This document shows, in pieces, positions 39,501 to 49,235 of a stretch of DNA of 64,000 bases. Made by a program: the position numbers and the translations under genes. The stretch spans positions 157,976,001-158,040,000 of the forward strand of contig NW_027362768.1 in the NCBI RefSeq assembly GCF_046119375.1, read 5' to 3'. The stretch's first letter is position 1. Each line of letters begins with the position of its first letter. Origin of the DNA: Phyllobates terribilis (taxonomy: Eukaryota). The notes below the pieces were generated by a model, which was not told the origin of the DNA, made no database searches, and worked only from the letters and a program-made list of their open reading frames with translations.

Positions 39501-42146
39501 TAAGATTTGTGATGTAACCATGGATTTGATGAGCCGGTGTCGCCATGCCCTGTCCCAACTCTGCCCATTTTGGCGTAGCTGGCCAAATCTGTCGTGAAAA
39601 TGGCAAAAGTCGCAAAATTTTTCAGTAACCACAAGTTTTGCAATTTTTCAAAGTATTTTAAGATTTACGGAGTAAACACTTTTAATGAATCGGGGTCTGT
39701 AAAAAATTGGACAACATTCAGATTTTATCGGTGTCTTGTCCGTTTTTCCCTGTTTGATAGGAAAATCTTAAGAAACCGCCATTAGTGGGGTTTATTTATA
39801 TAAGAAAAACTGATGAAACTCTGATGGTAAAAACTGACGCTGATAAAAAAAATCGGATCCAAAACACATAAAAAAGGTCAATTTTTCGCATGCGAGAAAA
39901 AACACTGAAGTCTGAATGAGGCCAAGATGAGCAGCCGAGTAAAAAACACTTCACGGGCATTTTAATTTCTGAACAATCTGATATATCTAACACCGACATC
40001 TTGAAGAAGAGTCACCTGAGAGTTTTGCTTTCCTCTTTGCGCTCCCCTTCCTCTTGCCTCTACGAGACGATGACCTGGAACCTGCAGACGGAGATCGGGA
40101 TGAATCCCTGGTGGACATATCTGCAAAACATGAAGCAATCCGTGAGATACGTGAAACGCAAATATACACGCCGCAACGCGGAAACTGCAACACCAAGAAG
40201 AAAAAGTGGTGGAACGATGGAAATCGCAGGATAGAGACATGATCTGCAAATGAGGAAAATGGAAAGAAAATGTTCAAAACAGCTCGATTTATTCAGTCTG
40301 CGAGCTTAAAGACGATTCTTTGAGCCAATTTTCACGTGGATTTCACCCTTTGCAATGCATAATGTGAAATCTGCAACAAAATCTGCATAGATTTTTCCCA
40401 GTCACATTTGAACTTATCAAATAAGGGTTTGTTCACACAGACATTTTTTTTCGCAGGGAATTTTCTGGCTGAAAAAGTCTAAAAAAAAACCTGCTTCTAA
40501 GATCCATGTTGATTTTGATGCATTTTTTTCTCAGCCTGTTTTTTATGATGTATTTTAATTATAATATGGGGTGTAATGATAAGGCGCGATTTAGACGTCC
40601 GGATATTTCAGGTACTGGAAAAAACAGTACCGGAGATATCCATGTCCGTGTGCAACTGTGTGACAACCGTGTGCCATATCAGGATCACATGTACCGGCGC
40701 CTGGGAATCAGTGTACAGTTAGCGCTGTTCCCAAGCGCCGGGTGCTGAACGCTGCCCTCATCATTGTCCCCTGCTGGTGCTGCCATCAGCACAAGCAAGG
40801 GACAATGTTGAGAGTAGTATTCTGCTTCCGCTGTGTCCTGGTGTAAAAATAAGAATGAAATAAAAAAATCCTTATACTCAACTGTCTGAAGAGGTCGTCC
40901 GCTGTAATTCATCTGACTGCTCATGCCAAGGAGTCAGTGAGAAAGACTCGTTGCAGCGAGCGAGCCCCAGAGTTGCGCTCAGTGAGTGACAGGACACCGC
41001 TCACTGCAGTGAGTCATTCTCCCCGTCTACTCGGCATGAGCGGTCAGATGGGTTACAGCAGGGGACTTCTTCGGACAGGATTTTTTTATTTTATTCCTTG
41101 TTTTACACCAGGACACAGCGGGAGCAGAATACTACTCTCATCATTGTTCTTTGCTAGCGCTGATCACAGCGCCAGCAGGGGACAATGATGAGGGCAGCTC
41201 ACTGCATGGAAAACATGGAATAAAAACTGCAGCAAAAATGTGCGTTGTCTGTGATTCCGCCAAAGAGCTGATATGATGCTTTATTAACAACACGTTAAAA
41301 AAAAAATAGGACTTGTGAGCTATAGATGCAATGTCTCCATTATTGCAAGAGGATTTGAAGCATTTTTAGGTGGATTTTTAACAGAATCTGCATAAGAAAA
41401 CTCCATGAAAACATTCCCTTTAACGTGACATACAGGTCACCCAGGACTATGACTGCCTTGTGACAGCTGTGATGGCAGCCATGCTGTCTCTTCTTTCACA
41501 AAAAATAGAAATAACTAGGAAACCACTGAAATTAATTTGTTGTTGGATTTAAAGGGATTGTCCAGTATATAATAGTATGTATAAAAATGGCAGGGATTGT
41601 AATGAAGCAATAAAATAACTAATAAGCATCCCCTTTAAGCCACTGATGTTCCAGCATGGCCGCCACTCCAAAGTCAGTCTATATTGGGATGCACCCCATT
41701 GCAAATAAGACTTGTATGCCCACATACCAGCTTTTTTTTGTATATTTCCATAATTTAGAATATTCAACATAAATCCATACCTATAGATATAGATTCACTG
41801 CGGCTCCAAGTGATAAGCAGCGTAGTCTCATGTTATGTGTAAGGCTGTGTTCACACACAGTGTAGTCTCTCTCACGTTATGTCTAATTCACGTGATATCG
41901 CCACCATGTGGCCAGACTGGGTACTGCATGGAGCTTTCCTGTTACTCAAAGAGCATAAATGAGTAGAAACCTTCATGTGACTTCTGCACAATCTAGCACA
42001 TAGATGCATGACTTTAATATCGAGATCTTATGAGAAGAGTCACCTGAGCGTTTCGCTTTCCGCTCTGCGCTCCCCTTCTTCTTGCTTTTAAGAGAGGACG
42101 ACCTGGAACCTCCAGATGGAGATCGGGATGAATCTCTATCGGACAT
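9448..42146 (-). CDS. DNAI3: Dynein axonemal intermediate chain 3 (WDR63), whole multi-exon coding span; 22 canonical coding exons (896 aa) plus a duplicated ATG exon (931 aa if both are included)
   Basis: Hand-spliced exons with GT-AG borders and matching phases give an open frame resembling vertebrate WDR63 as recalled (GHPEYIVPLVLTSKTQEIF, LMLECPDDIYCFQFCPSDPNIIAGGCMNGQ, SRPGVFFIGKEDGNVDIWDLLEKTHEP). It lies head-to-head with MCOLN3. Confidence 0.95.
9714..9836 (-). CDS. DNAI3: DNAI3 coding exon 21 (STAVLHYLDREVSHLEYYEQRK...HSKKS)
   Basis: 123 nt, ctgcag| ... |gtaagt. Confidence 0.92.
9905..11670. repeat. Three tandem copies of a ~590-bp unit in DNAI3 intron 20
   Basis: atgcaagctgccaatgccacc recurs at ~9914, ~10497 and ~11089. 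Confidence 0.92.
12098..12189 (-). CDS. DNAI3: DNAI3 coding exon 20 (AKQHFLAVADDSGTLHVLQIPWTLHHPSANE)
   Basis: 92 nt, ttgcag| ... |gttggt. Confidence 0.92.
12678..12882 (-). CDS. DNAI3: DNAI3 coding exon 19 (SGPILQSCCTQKRYT...DIWDLLEKTHEP...CIKPWIMS)
   Basis: 205 nt, tcgcag| ... |gtaaca. Confidence 0.94.
13717..13847 (-). CDS. DNAI3: DNAI3 coding exon 18 (SAKPSQRHGIHDGLVHTVQRS...WNFAIWKEGVT)
   Basis: 131 nt, ttgcag| ... |gtgagt. Confidence 0.93.
14110..14173 (-). CDS. DNAI3: DNAI3 coding exon 17 (DGELLYTDWKMEKDGDTGRHI)
   Basis: 64 nt, ctacag| ... |gtgagt. Confidence 0.93.
14856..15113. mobile_element. Penelope-like element remnant: ~105-bp inverted repeat enclosing a hammerhead-like core
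   Basis: Arms 14856-14960 / 15009-15113; CTGATGA-A-GGAGTT(tgttc)AACTCT-GAAA at 14986-15014; GAAACGCGTT on the minus-strand arm. Confidence 0.55.
15142..15560. mobile_element. Degraded Tc1-like remnant (right boundary approximate)
   Basis: TA followed by CACTGTGTTCCAAATTATTATGCA, resembling a Tc1 terminal repeat; recognition only. Confidence 0.35.
15698..15828 (-). CDS. DNAI3: DNAI3 coding exon 16 (DKLQTPIKEEK...VNTSYFAGTE)
   Basis: 131 nt, tgtag| ... |gtgagt. Confidence 0.9.
17170..17990. repeat. Degenerate ~26-29-bp minisatellite (tatatttggcactgtatggtggcattat)
   Basis: Direct reading. Confidence 0.9.
18208..18295 (-). CDS. DNAI3: DNAI3 coding exon 15 (TSIPKIETGGEFSPIKISLRDEHHHCRTA)
   Basis: 88 nt, tttaag| ... 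|gtaaga. Confidence 0.88.
19629..19832. mobile_element. Harbinger-type MITE
   Basis: ~36-bp imperfect TIRs (..ccc(g/a)ctatcagtatttggtcagtattt), TAA TSD. Confidence 0.75.
20548..20695 (-). CDS. DNAI3: DNAI3 coding exon 14 (SVMFWDIRSHK...FKHLDLIWRPLLK)
   Basis: 148 nt, ctacag| ... |gtgcag. Confidence 0.92.
22525..22598 (-). CDS. DNAI3: DNAI3 coding exon 13 (ITRTGYPYENKSGYCVQLATCSPD)
   Basis: 74 nt, tttcag| ... |gtatgt. Confidence 0.9.
22727..24620. repeat. 97-bp tandem satellite (~19-20 units; some 86-bp variants)
   Basis: actgatcctgt-actgatcctgagttacatcctgtattatactccagagctgcactcactattctgctggtgcagtcactgtgtacatacattacatt; period measured 23761 to 23858. Confidence 0.95.
24935..25057 (-). CDS. 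DNAI3: DNAI3 coding exon 12 (TPLEVKQSHDSPLVRYCAVSSIEHGHREVITDLHWLPDYFE)
   Basis: 123 nt, ctacag| ... |gtgagt. Confidence 0.92.
25080..27515. repeat. 30-bp minisatellite (gtaatacaccaggcggtaataatattacca), ~80 units with higher-order blocks
   Basis: Direct reading; 27-bp variants recur with ~530-bp and ~840-bp periods. Confidence 0.95.
27541..27928. mobile_element. Harbinger-type MITE
   Basis: TIRs ggctc(a/g)ttcagac, TTA TSD. Confidence 0.7.
28291..28368 (-). CDS. DNAI3: DNAI3 coding exon 11 (VVLWDISAYYELLSAKTAVTKNTASK)
   Basis: 78 nt, ccaag| ... |gtgaga. Confidence 0.9.
28573..28821 (+). mobile_element. Internal fragment of the same DD38E transposase (N-terminal HTH region) embedded in a MITE-like sequence
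   Basis: KEKRVAVITLRNEGQSVRKIGQTLNVSPSAVAKTIKRYKETGSHE...AAQIRD; no TIR or TSD. Confidence 0.85.
29118..29168 (-). mobile_element. Short L2/L2-SINE-type 3'-end fragment (duplicated at ~4004-4060)
   Basis: gtaaagtgctgcggaatatgttggcactatataaata(a/taa)n on the minus strand. Confidence 0.6.
29281..29370 (-). CDS. DNAI3: DNAI3 coding exon 10 (LMLECPDDIYCFQFCPSDPNIIAGGCMNGQ)
   Basis: 90 nt, ctccag| ... |gtactg. Confidence 0.94.
29448..29572 (-). CDS. DNAI3: DNAI3 coding exon 9 (LVAVSLTERLSLEDRVNASSKLILTPSLILIWSLNDPIHPQ)
   Basis: 125 nt, accag| ... |gtccga. Confidence 0.92.
30582..30772 (-). CDS. DNAI3: DNAI3 coding exon 8 (LELALQQNEIVNAFVDDW...SWHPTLQG)
   Basis: 191 nt, cacag| ... |gtaaat. Confidence 0.93.
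31201..31317 (-). CDS. DNAI3: DNAI3 coding exon 7 (TYPRNACTQYTPREFTEE...VNSVSLR)
   Basis: 117 nt, phase 2-2, tttag| ... |gtaaaa. Confidence 0.92.
31666..31865 (-). CDS. DNAI3: DNAI3 coding exon 6 (IKFMISRLHREFGS...STQTKW)
   Basis: 200 nt, cacag| ... |gtaag. Confidence 0.93.
32794..32937 (-). CDS. DNAI3: DNAI3 coding exon 5 (PPEAVTDEEE...PRPWISLGSELEVEEEMVKESQTK)
   Basis: 144 nt, tgtag| ... |gtcaga. Confidence 0.92.
33556..33660 (-). CDS. DNAI3: DNAI3 coding exon 4 (EYPGEELLLVFDRDFTYGQNFYLIVTEEAKESALK)
   Basis: 105 nt, ag| ... |gtaaga. Confidence 0.93.
33748..33932 (-). CDS. DNAI3: DNAI3 coding exon 3 (GHPEYIVPLVLTSKTQEIFSCRIDED...SPFKSIIT)
   Basis: 185 nt, cacag| ... |gtacag, strong WDR63 similarity. 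Confidence 0.93.
34600..34748. repeat. ~32-bp minisatellite (ttactttttagggg.gtactcaggggaca.ta), interrupted by the L2 insertion
   Basis: 4-5 units; a similar motif resumes after 36425. Confidence 0.8.
34749..36425 (-). mobile_element. 5'-truncated L2-clade LINE (RT domain plus 3' end), inactive
   Basis: YRPISLLP, QSGFR..HSTETAL, LDLSSAFDTVNH, GVP(Y)GSVLGPLLF, YAD(G); 3' stem-loop agcgccat-ggaataa-atggcgct and (TAA)n tail at the left end; inserted into a minisatellite. Confidence 0.9.
36518..37028. repeat. 39-bp tandem repeat, ~13 units
   Basis: gcattattgccttagcacagtctagagggtcctcag(a/g)gg. Confidence 0.93.
37662..38087. mobile_element. Harbinger-type MITE
   Basis: TIRs gg(g/c)t(t/g)tgttcacaccta, TTA TSD. 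Confidence 0.75.
38834..38872 (-). CDS. DNAI3: DNAI3 coding exon 2 (39 nt, (A)KKREDSEASTRS)
   Basis: ctttag|CT...CAG|gtaagt; phase 1-1; bridges to the GHP exon. Confidence 0.8.
40016..40120 (-). CDS. DNAI3: DNAI3 start exon copy 1b (ATG at 40118): MSTRDSSRSPSAGSRSSSRRGKRKGSAKRKAKLS
   Basis: ttgcag|ATATG...TCAG|gtgact; 105 nt; ends in phase 1, fitting the next exon; basic N-terminus as in WDR63. Confidence 0.8.
40750..41190. mobile_element. Palindromic MITE-like segment between the two DNAI3 start exons
   Basis: ~120-bp inverted arms (gctgccctcatcattgtcccctgctgg... / ...ccagcaggggacaatgatgagggcagc); related sequence at ~730-840 and ~21737-21845. Confidence 0.6.
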
Positions 42147-42148
42147 GT
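42044..42148 (-). CDS. DNAI3: DNAI3 start exon copy 1a (ATG at 42146): MSDRDSSRSPSGGSRSSSLKSKKKGSAERKAKRS
   Basis: tcacag|ACATG...TCAG|gtgact; 105 nt; ends in phase 1; paralogous to 40016-40120. Confidence 0.7.
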
Positions 42149-42873
42149 CTGTGAAACAAGAAGCAGTTTGTGAGACAGGTGAAATGCAAACATATGACAC
42201 TGGCATGGCGGCACGAGATTATGGATCCATACAGCACTGCAGCACTGGGGTCCTGGGCTCAAATCCCACCAAGGACAACATCTGCAAGGAGTTTGTATGT
42301 TCTCCTCGTGTCTGCTGGGTTTCCTCCTGGTTCTCCGATTCCTTCCACACTCCAAAGACATCCTGATAGAGATAAGTAGCAATAGGGCACTTCTGCACTG
42401 CGCCATTTACTGCTTATCAAAATTTTCAGCTGTTCTTTAGATATTAACACTTTATTTTGTTTATTTTTTATAATCTCGTAGCCTTGGAGACCGACCACCG
42501 CTGCTAGACAGCAGATCAGACGCAGTGCTTACAAGCTCTTTTCTATTGAGCTTGTAGGCACAGTTTTGAAACCAGGCCAGGATCGCTGCAGTGCGCTCTT
42601 ACCTCCCGACCAGTTTTAGAACAGAGCTTACTAAACAGCATTTCTTTTCATGAATTTCCAGGAGGAATAACAGAGGAATGGCACAATACAGAATTTTAAG
42701 TAAAGATGATGCAGAATTGTTATTACATGGGGAATACATGTATTTACGAAATAAAAGATGGTGACAGATGATGTTTGTTACAGCAGCCTTAGTCTGTGGG
42801 GTCACAATGTACGTCCACATGCTGTCAGTCCATTAGGTGAATGATGGCACCTTCCACCATCATATACATACTA

Positions 42874-45800
42874 CAGGGGTCGACAAAGTTGTTCAGAATC
42901 TAGGAGCCAGCCAAAAAATTTAGGAGCCAGAATTTTTTTTAAGCAAACTTGGTTTTTAATTTAACAAAAAAAAACATTACAAACGTTATAAACAACATTT
43001 TTACTTTTAAAGATAATAAATATTATATTTTGATATTTTAGATTTTAGGCAACATTCTAGTGTTTTTCACTTTGCTTTTTGTGGCCATGAACATGCCTTG
43101 TGATTTTAGAGCTGAAGTACCAGTGGTCCACAGCCTTGGCAGGATCAAACGCCTTCACAGATGGCCCATTCATGGTGATCATAAACAAGTCACTTAAACT
43201 TTCTTCTTGCATCCTTGACCTGAATTTATTTTTGACCATGTTCATCAAACTAAATCCTCTTTCACAACATGAGGTTGAGACAGGGAGCACCGCCACAATC
43301 GACAACAGGTTTCCCAGAACTGGAAATCTCTCGGTGTTGGAGAGTGCCAAATCCAGAAGCTCACACAGTTTCTTTCCTTTTCCAAGGACCTTAAACTCAT
43401 ACCACTCATTGAGGAGTGAGTGAATGCATTGGTCATCACTTTCAGGTGGAGATAGCTGTTTACGAAAATGATGAGCCAATGCAGTAATCTCAACCACACC
43501 GTAGTCTTGCAATGTTGTTCCTGCTGGCCAGGCAAAGGTGTCAAACACTGCGGTGGATCTTTCAATATTTATATCACTTAGAAATCGCACTGTCAAGTAT
43601 TTAACTGCATGATTAATTAAATTAGCTTTTTCCTGCTGAATTGATGCAGCTACAGTTTTGCTCAGTCCATGTAGCTGTACATTTTGAAACAGTCCTTGAA
43701 GAGATGTTCCTGAGACAAATCTGGCCTCATGTTGTTTTGGTGCATCTCTAAGTGAATTGATTGTTGAAATTGTGCTTTTCACATGCAACTCAATTGTGCT
43801 TAAAAAAAGCTCTTCCCTTTGAAATATAAGTGACAAGTTTTTAAGAATTTCCAGATAGTCCAGTAGAAAATGGAGCATGTGAACAAATTTAAAATCTGTG
43901 AGCTTTCTCAGTAAACCATGGGCAGCTGCAGAGGAAATGTCTTTTTCCGCAGCCACACTTTCTAGGTGGATTGTCACGCATTTCCAGTCTTTGACAAGTG
44001 CAGACAGAGCACCGACTTTGCTTGCTACCCATCTGACATTATGCAAGTATTGGAATTTCAGAATTGTAAGCTGCAGGTTTTCTGCTACTTGCTTCAGCTG
44101 TCGCATTCTCTTAGGTGAGTATTGATAAAATTGGTAGAGTTTCTTTAAAATAGAGTCAAAATCATCAATTAATTTAGCTTCTTTTACTGAACTTAATACA
44201 CTTAAGTTCAATCGGTGTGCAACACAGTGAATGCCAATTAAATGACTGATGTTTTGGCGTATTTTCTGCACCAAGCCATTTTCGGTCCCAATCATGCTGG
44301 CAGCACCATCTGTACCAATGGCAATCAAGTGACTTGAAGAAAGCCAGCCTACAAGACCAAGTGTTCTAAGTTCTTCTGTGAGCGCTTCTAAATATCCATC
44401 TGCAGTAGCCATTTCAAGAGGAGAAACAGAAAGAAATACTTCTTTGACCCTGTTGTCCTTGATGTACCTGACATACAGAATCAGTTGTTCAACCCCTGCT
44501 TTGTCAGTTGAGCCATCTAGCATCAAGCTGACATATTTTGCCTCTTTGAGCTCACTGATTAGGTTTTTCCTGATTATTTCTGCAATATGGGAAATGAATT
44601 CTTTGCATCTTTTATCGTTTGCATATTCCTGTCGCACAGCACTCCCTAATTTCTCCGTCAACTCTAGCAACCCTTCAAAATCTGTGAAAGGTCTGTTGTT
44701 TTTGGCAATATAATAGGCCACATTAAATAGAATGGTCATATGTTTAAAAATGTCTTCATCCATTTTCCTTATACAAGCAGCCAATGGAGTAGCTTCTGGA
44801 GCCAACGCTGCATGTTTAGCCTCCACACAATTTAGATGCTGGAGAGACTTTGCTGCTTTTTGAAGGTTTCAAGTTTAAAGGGTCCTGAAAATCCTTTTAC
44901 GATCCTAGATGCTTGGTCAGCAATGCCAGGGAAGGAAGCACAAATCTCGCATATAGCTATACCAGTTGTATGGTCAAATTTAAGCCATGCGAGTTCTTTA
45001 CACCACTCTTGCCTAAATCTCCTGGGTCCAGCAGTTTGACAACGGCTTGTTGATGGGGACTCCTCTGCTGGTGGGTCAACTCTTGTTTCTTCAGTTACCT
45101 GTTGCCCGGCACTTTCTACCTGTTGCACTGCGCTTTCAAGAGAGGTCTTTGTAAAGAACTGTGTCATTTTCAGTTGCTTTTCATTTTCTGGTATTCTCTC
45201 TGTTGCTCTGCGCTTCATTTTTTTCCTGAACCCAGAAAAGAAAAAAAAAATGTGCACTTTGCTCTGCTATGCCAATTATAACTTACACATGATCTCTTTA
45301 CCCTTCTTTGTCCGAGTGGACGAGGCAGTACTCCGGCTTCGTTCTCCCGGCGGCACCCGACTTTGTTCTTCCAGCAGCACTCCGCAGTCCGCCATATAGT
45401 ACCCATATAATAATGGGATACACTGTGAATATACTGCCATATAGTAACCATATAATTACAGCATATACTGTGTATATACTGCTATACCCTACTTACAAAA
45501 AGATTTAGCAATGTAGGAAACTCCATTCAGTGGTGGTCCAGCAGGATAGGGTCTCTCAGCACTTCTAGAGAAGATTAAAAATCAATCTGCCTTATTATCC
45601 ATATATTTTATTTTCTAACCATAAGAAGTTTCAAATCCTTTTTTGTAGGAACAACACTTTTCTAAATCAATGAAACAACATACTCACCTTAAATGTTTTT
45701 TGGAGGGAAAAGTAAAGATAAATTGTTGTTCCGTTTTTTTCTTGACATTTTTTTTTTAATTTTTACGAATGCTTTAAAAATTGCTTTTTAAAAAAAAATA

Positions 45801-46277
45801 AATAGATGTCATTACATTTATAAATTTTTTATATTCTCAGTTTTTTTCTCAGAAAAATCAAAGAAACTAATTTTTTTAAAAAAATGCCTGTTCCGTTTTT
45901 TTGTTGACAAACTGTACATATAGACCCCCTCACACACGGCGTCTCCCCGGGGAGCACGGCCTTTGTATGTACTTACACAGGTAGCGGGAGATGAGAACGG
46001 ACCCCAGGCCACAGCGATCCTTCCCCCGTAACCCAACTCTCCCTGTCCAGTCCCGGAGCATAAGGGGGGCGGAGCAAAGTGGAGAAGGCGGCCTGAGCGA
46101 TACTGTCCCTGCTTCCTCCGATTGGATGACTCCGTGCAGGAGGTGGGATTGGATTGAGAGTATTTTTTTTTCTTCTCAACTCCTCAACTCCTCAAGCACC
46201 AGGCAACATTTTCTAGGCGCCAGACAACATTTTCTAGGCGCCACTGGCGACCAGGCGCCTGGGTTTGTCGAGCCCTG
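42874..46277 (-). mobile_element. Full-length hAT DNA transposon (3404 bp) with a ZNF862-like transposase
   Basis: 14-bp TIRs CAGGG(G/C)TCGACAAA (13/14), perfect 8-bp TSD ACATACTA (42866-42873 / 46278-46285), subterminal repeats. Confidence 0.93.
43057..45218 (-). pseudogene. hAT transposase (TTF-type zinc finger, DUF4371-like region, RNase H-like core, hATC dimerisation domain) with a single 1-nt frameshift at ~44854
   Basis: RRFRQEW..W...CEIC...LETFKK[H]AKSLQH; SLMLDGSTD; IHCVAHRLNL; LPVSTSCCERGFSLMNMVKNKFRSRM. Restoring one base joins the 141-aa and 589-aa ORFs into ~720 aa. Confidence 0.9.
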
Positions 46278-49235
46278 ACATACTATATACTATATACTGC
46301 CCCTATAATGCAGATCTGCAAGGACAGGCACAGACACATAGCTCTTTTCGAACACTAATAGCAGTGGGAACATTATCTGCAGGTAAACCCTTATTTATGA
46401 GCCATTGAAGCAGAAATGCACCTGGTTGGGCGCGTGACTCGGTAATCACTGGGTCCGGCTTGTTTATGACCGCTGTATGCACCAGAAATGTACAAGACAG
46501 AAATGCATCCCCCGAATATCGACATCAATAGAGGAAAAACTCGGGACTGAGTAGCAGAATAGTGAAAATATTTTAATTAGACAATCCAATTGCACAAAAT
46601 ATAAACATTTCGGTACTAGACCTTGGACCTTCATCGGAAGGCAACGGACTGCCGAAGAGATGGAGTTCTCAGGAGATGTAGCGCAGAGGAACAGCGACGC
46701 CAGTCGCACGTGCAGGGAAAGAGAGACGGACCAGACCTAGGCTCGGCTTCCACTCATAGGCCGGTTATTGGGGAATTCACAGTGAGTGTATGGTATATAC
46801 ACCTCCGATTCCAAAGCATGGAACATATAGATATACCCCAAAGCGATCACCGCAAACTCCACAATAACAAAAAGTACTACTATCTGCCACTACCAATTGT
46901 TTATACAGGCCAATTGGACACCGATTACAGGTAGCATATGGCTTCAGGGGTGCGATTTACAAAGCAAGAGGAACAGAGCTATTAAGTTTTAGATATTTAA
47001 TCTGGAAAGGTAGGCAGTGTTTAAACTCTGATTTTTATTAGATCAAGGTTAACCCACATACCTCACATGAGGAGCAGGTTGTGGGATGTGCTAGGTCTTT
47101 TAGCAGATTATGAGATCCCCAACTTTTATGATATTTTCGCTCCTGGAGGTCCCAGATGGTAGATATTGTTGTCATGTTTCCTATCGCGATTTTACATTTC
47201 TATAGAGATGAAACATGGCACGGATAGCATCATCCATCTGATTAAGTTGGAGGGATTAGAATGGCCTTACAGTGATGTGAATAAATGTCTTATGTTCGTC
47301 CCTTTGCTACAACGCCGAGAATATATCTCCCATAAATATCGGATCAATGCAAACCCAATATTCATCACTAACCACTGGCTCCAGAAAGTCTGGGGACCAG
47401 TGCTTTGAACAGAGGAAGCTCTTGCCTCGGAAGTGTACGTCTCTGCTTCAGAGTAAACAAATCCGAATCTTGGTGGCTGGTTCTCAGAGAAGATCTCTGC
47501 TGTAATTACCTGTTCATCGCAGGGGGTCCCTACTTCAATGGGGGTTGGAGTGTCAGCTCTTTCTCACTTCCCAAGTTATATTTAATCCCATATGTTCAAT
47601 GTGAGGGTGATATGTCCCCTCTCCGGAAAGGTCTTTATGGATTTTAATTTTTCTCTATGGCATTTTGAAACAAGAGTAGGCGTTGTATTATTCTATATTG
47701 TTACTTGAGGTTCCACATCTCGTCCACGGGCACCTCGACATACAGACTGTGCGCACGCTAATCTACTTTATAGACTATGACAGCAGAGACTAGTGATTGG
47801 AGCAGCGATCACCTGCTACGAAAGCAATGTTCAGCTGTCCAAAAATTAAAGAAATACCCACGGGGACCGAAGTGGTTTAGAACTGTCGGCCTAAAGAGGT
47901 GAGTATTGGTTATTTTATTGTTTTATCACGCCGCCTACCTTTTGATAAAATGTGTATAGCAGACATTTTGGTTGTTCTGTCTATTGTATTGGGTTCACTT
48001 ATGCCAGCAAAAAATCATCATCATCATCATCTACAAAAATGTAAAAAGGTAACTTATGTCATAACAGGATTGTATCATCAGGAAATTGTCCTTTCATTTG
48101 AGTAAGGTTTTGGCTTGTTGGTTTTTTTTTTTTCATTTTGACTATGATTTTTTTTCTTCCTATCACATTATTTATTATAAAACACAATTAGTAATCTTGC
48201 AATATTCACACTGGCCACTGGGTCAAATTTAGACTCTAATTTCCTGTCCTTTCAGGAAAAGCTTTCAGCAGTCTCATTATCATCAGAGCCAGGATTAAAA
48301 TGACAGGAGACACCTCTATAAACAGCTGATAACACAGGATCCACCAATCACAATAGGTGATATCACAGCTCACCTCCTCCGCCCTTCACAATGATCTTTG
48401 CACATGCTCATTAGATGCTTCAGTACAAAAGATAAGGTCAGGATACAATCATTGTGGCTAATGTACATGTGCTATCTCCTGAAACCACCTGAAGTATGAG
48501 TATAAAAAAGCCCTATTGGCCAGTGCTGTGGACAGAGGATACAATATAGAATATTTTGTACTGTACATAAGTGAAATAGTCATGTAAAGCATTTGGAAAA
48601 AAATAATGGCATATCCTCTATGAAGTGAGATGTGTGTTAGTCGGCTGTCTGTAAGCAGAAGTAAAACATACGGTGATTATAGCGGACGCGGAGCGTTCAC
48701 CAGACTGTGACTTAGCGGTGACTCACGTCTGTTATGCTGGGAAGCTGCAAACATAAGATGGAAAAAACTTCTCGGCTTCACAGCTGCCCAGAAAATGGCG
48801 AGAGAGGAAATATACAGTACACGTGATGCAGATTTCCCACATTACTATACATCTGACACATATGGCACGCTATAGGCTGACACTGCCATACAATGCTGAT
48901 TGACTGCCATTATAGCAAAAAATAACGCAAAATACAGTATACTTTTGGGCATCGGCAATGGCCAGTGAATAAAGTGGAAAATTTTGGAGAGTTCAGTCTG
49001 CTGCACTTTCCTATACACTAAAAAAAAAAAGTATATCAGCCTGACGGAGGCCAAAACAGTGCCAAATGTAGGGCTCAAAAGCAGATTACTAATAATTAAC
49101 CAAACCAAATAACTATGTGCTCAGCATGTCCTGATCTGGATGACATTGTGCAACAGAACTGAGATCGGGAGCAGAAAGGGCTCTATACACTGGGGTATAC
49201 ACTGGCGTCTGCTCCAGGCGGTCACTAGAAATATA

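Noticed and set aside
46440-47760. Non-repetitive-looking stretch that may be a degraded retroelement
   Set aside because: I could not identify any diagnostic motif by eye; it needs a repeat-library search.
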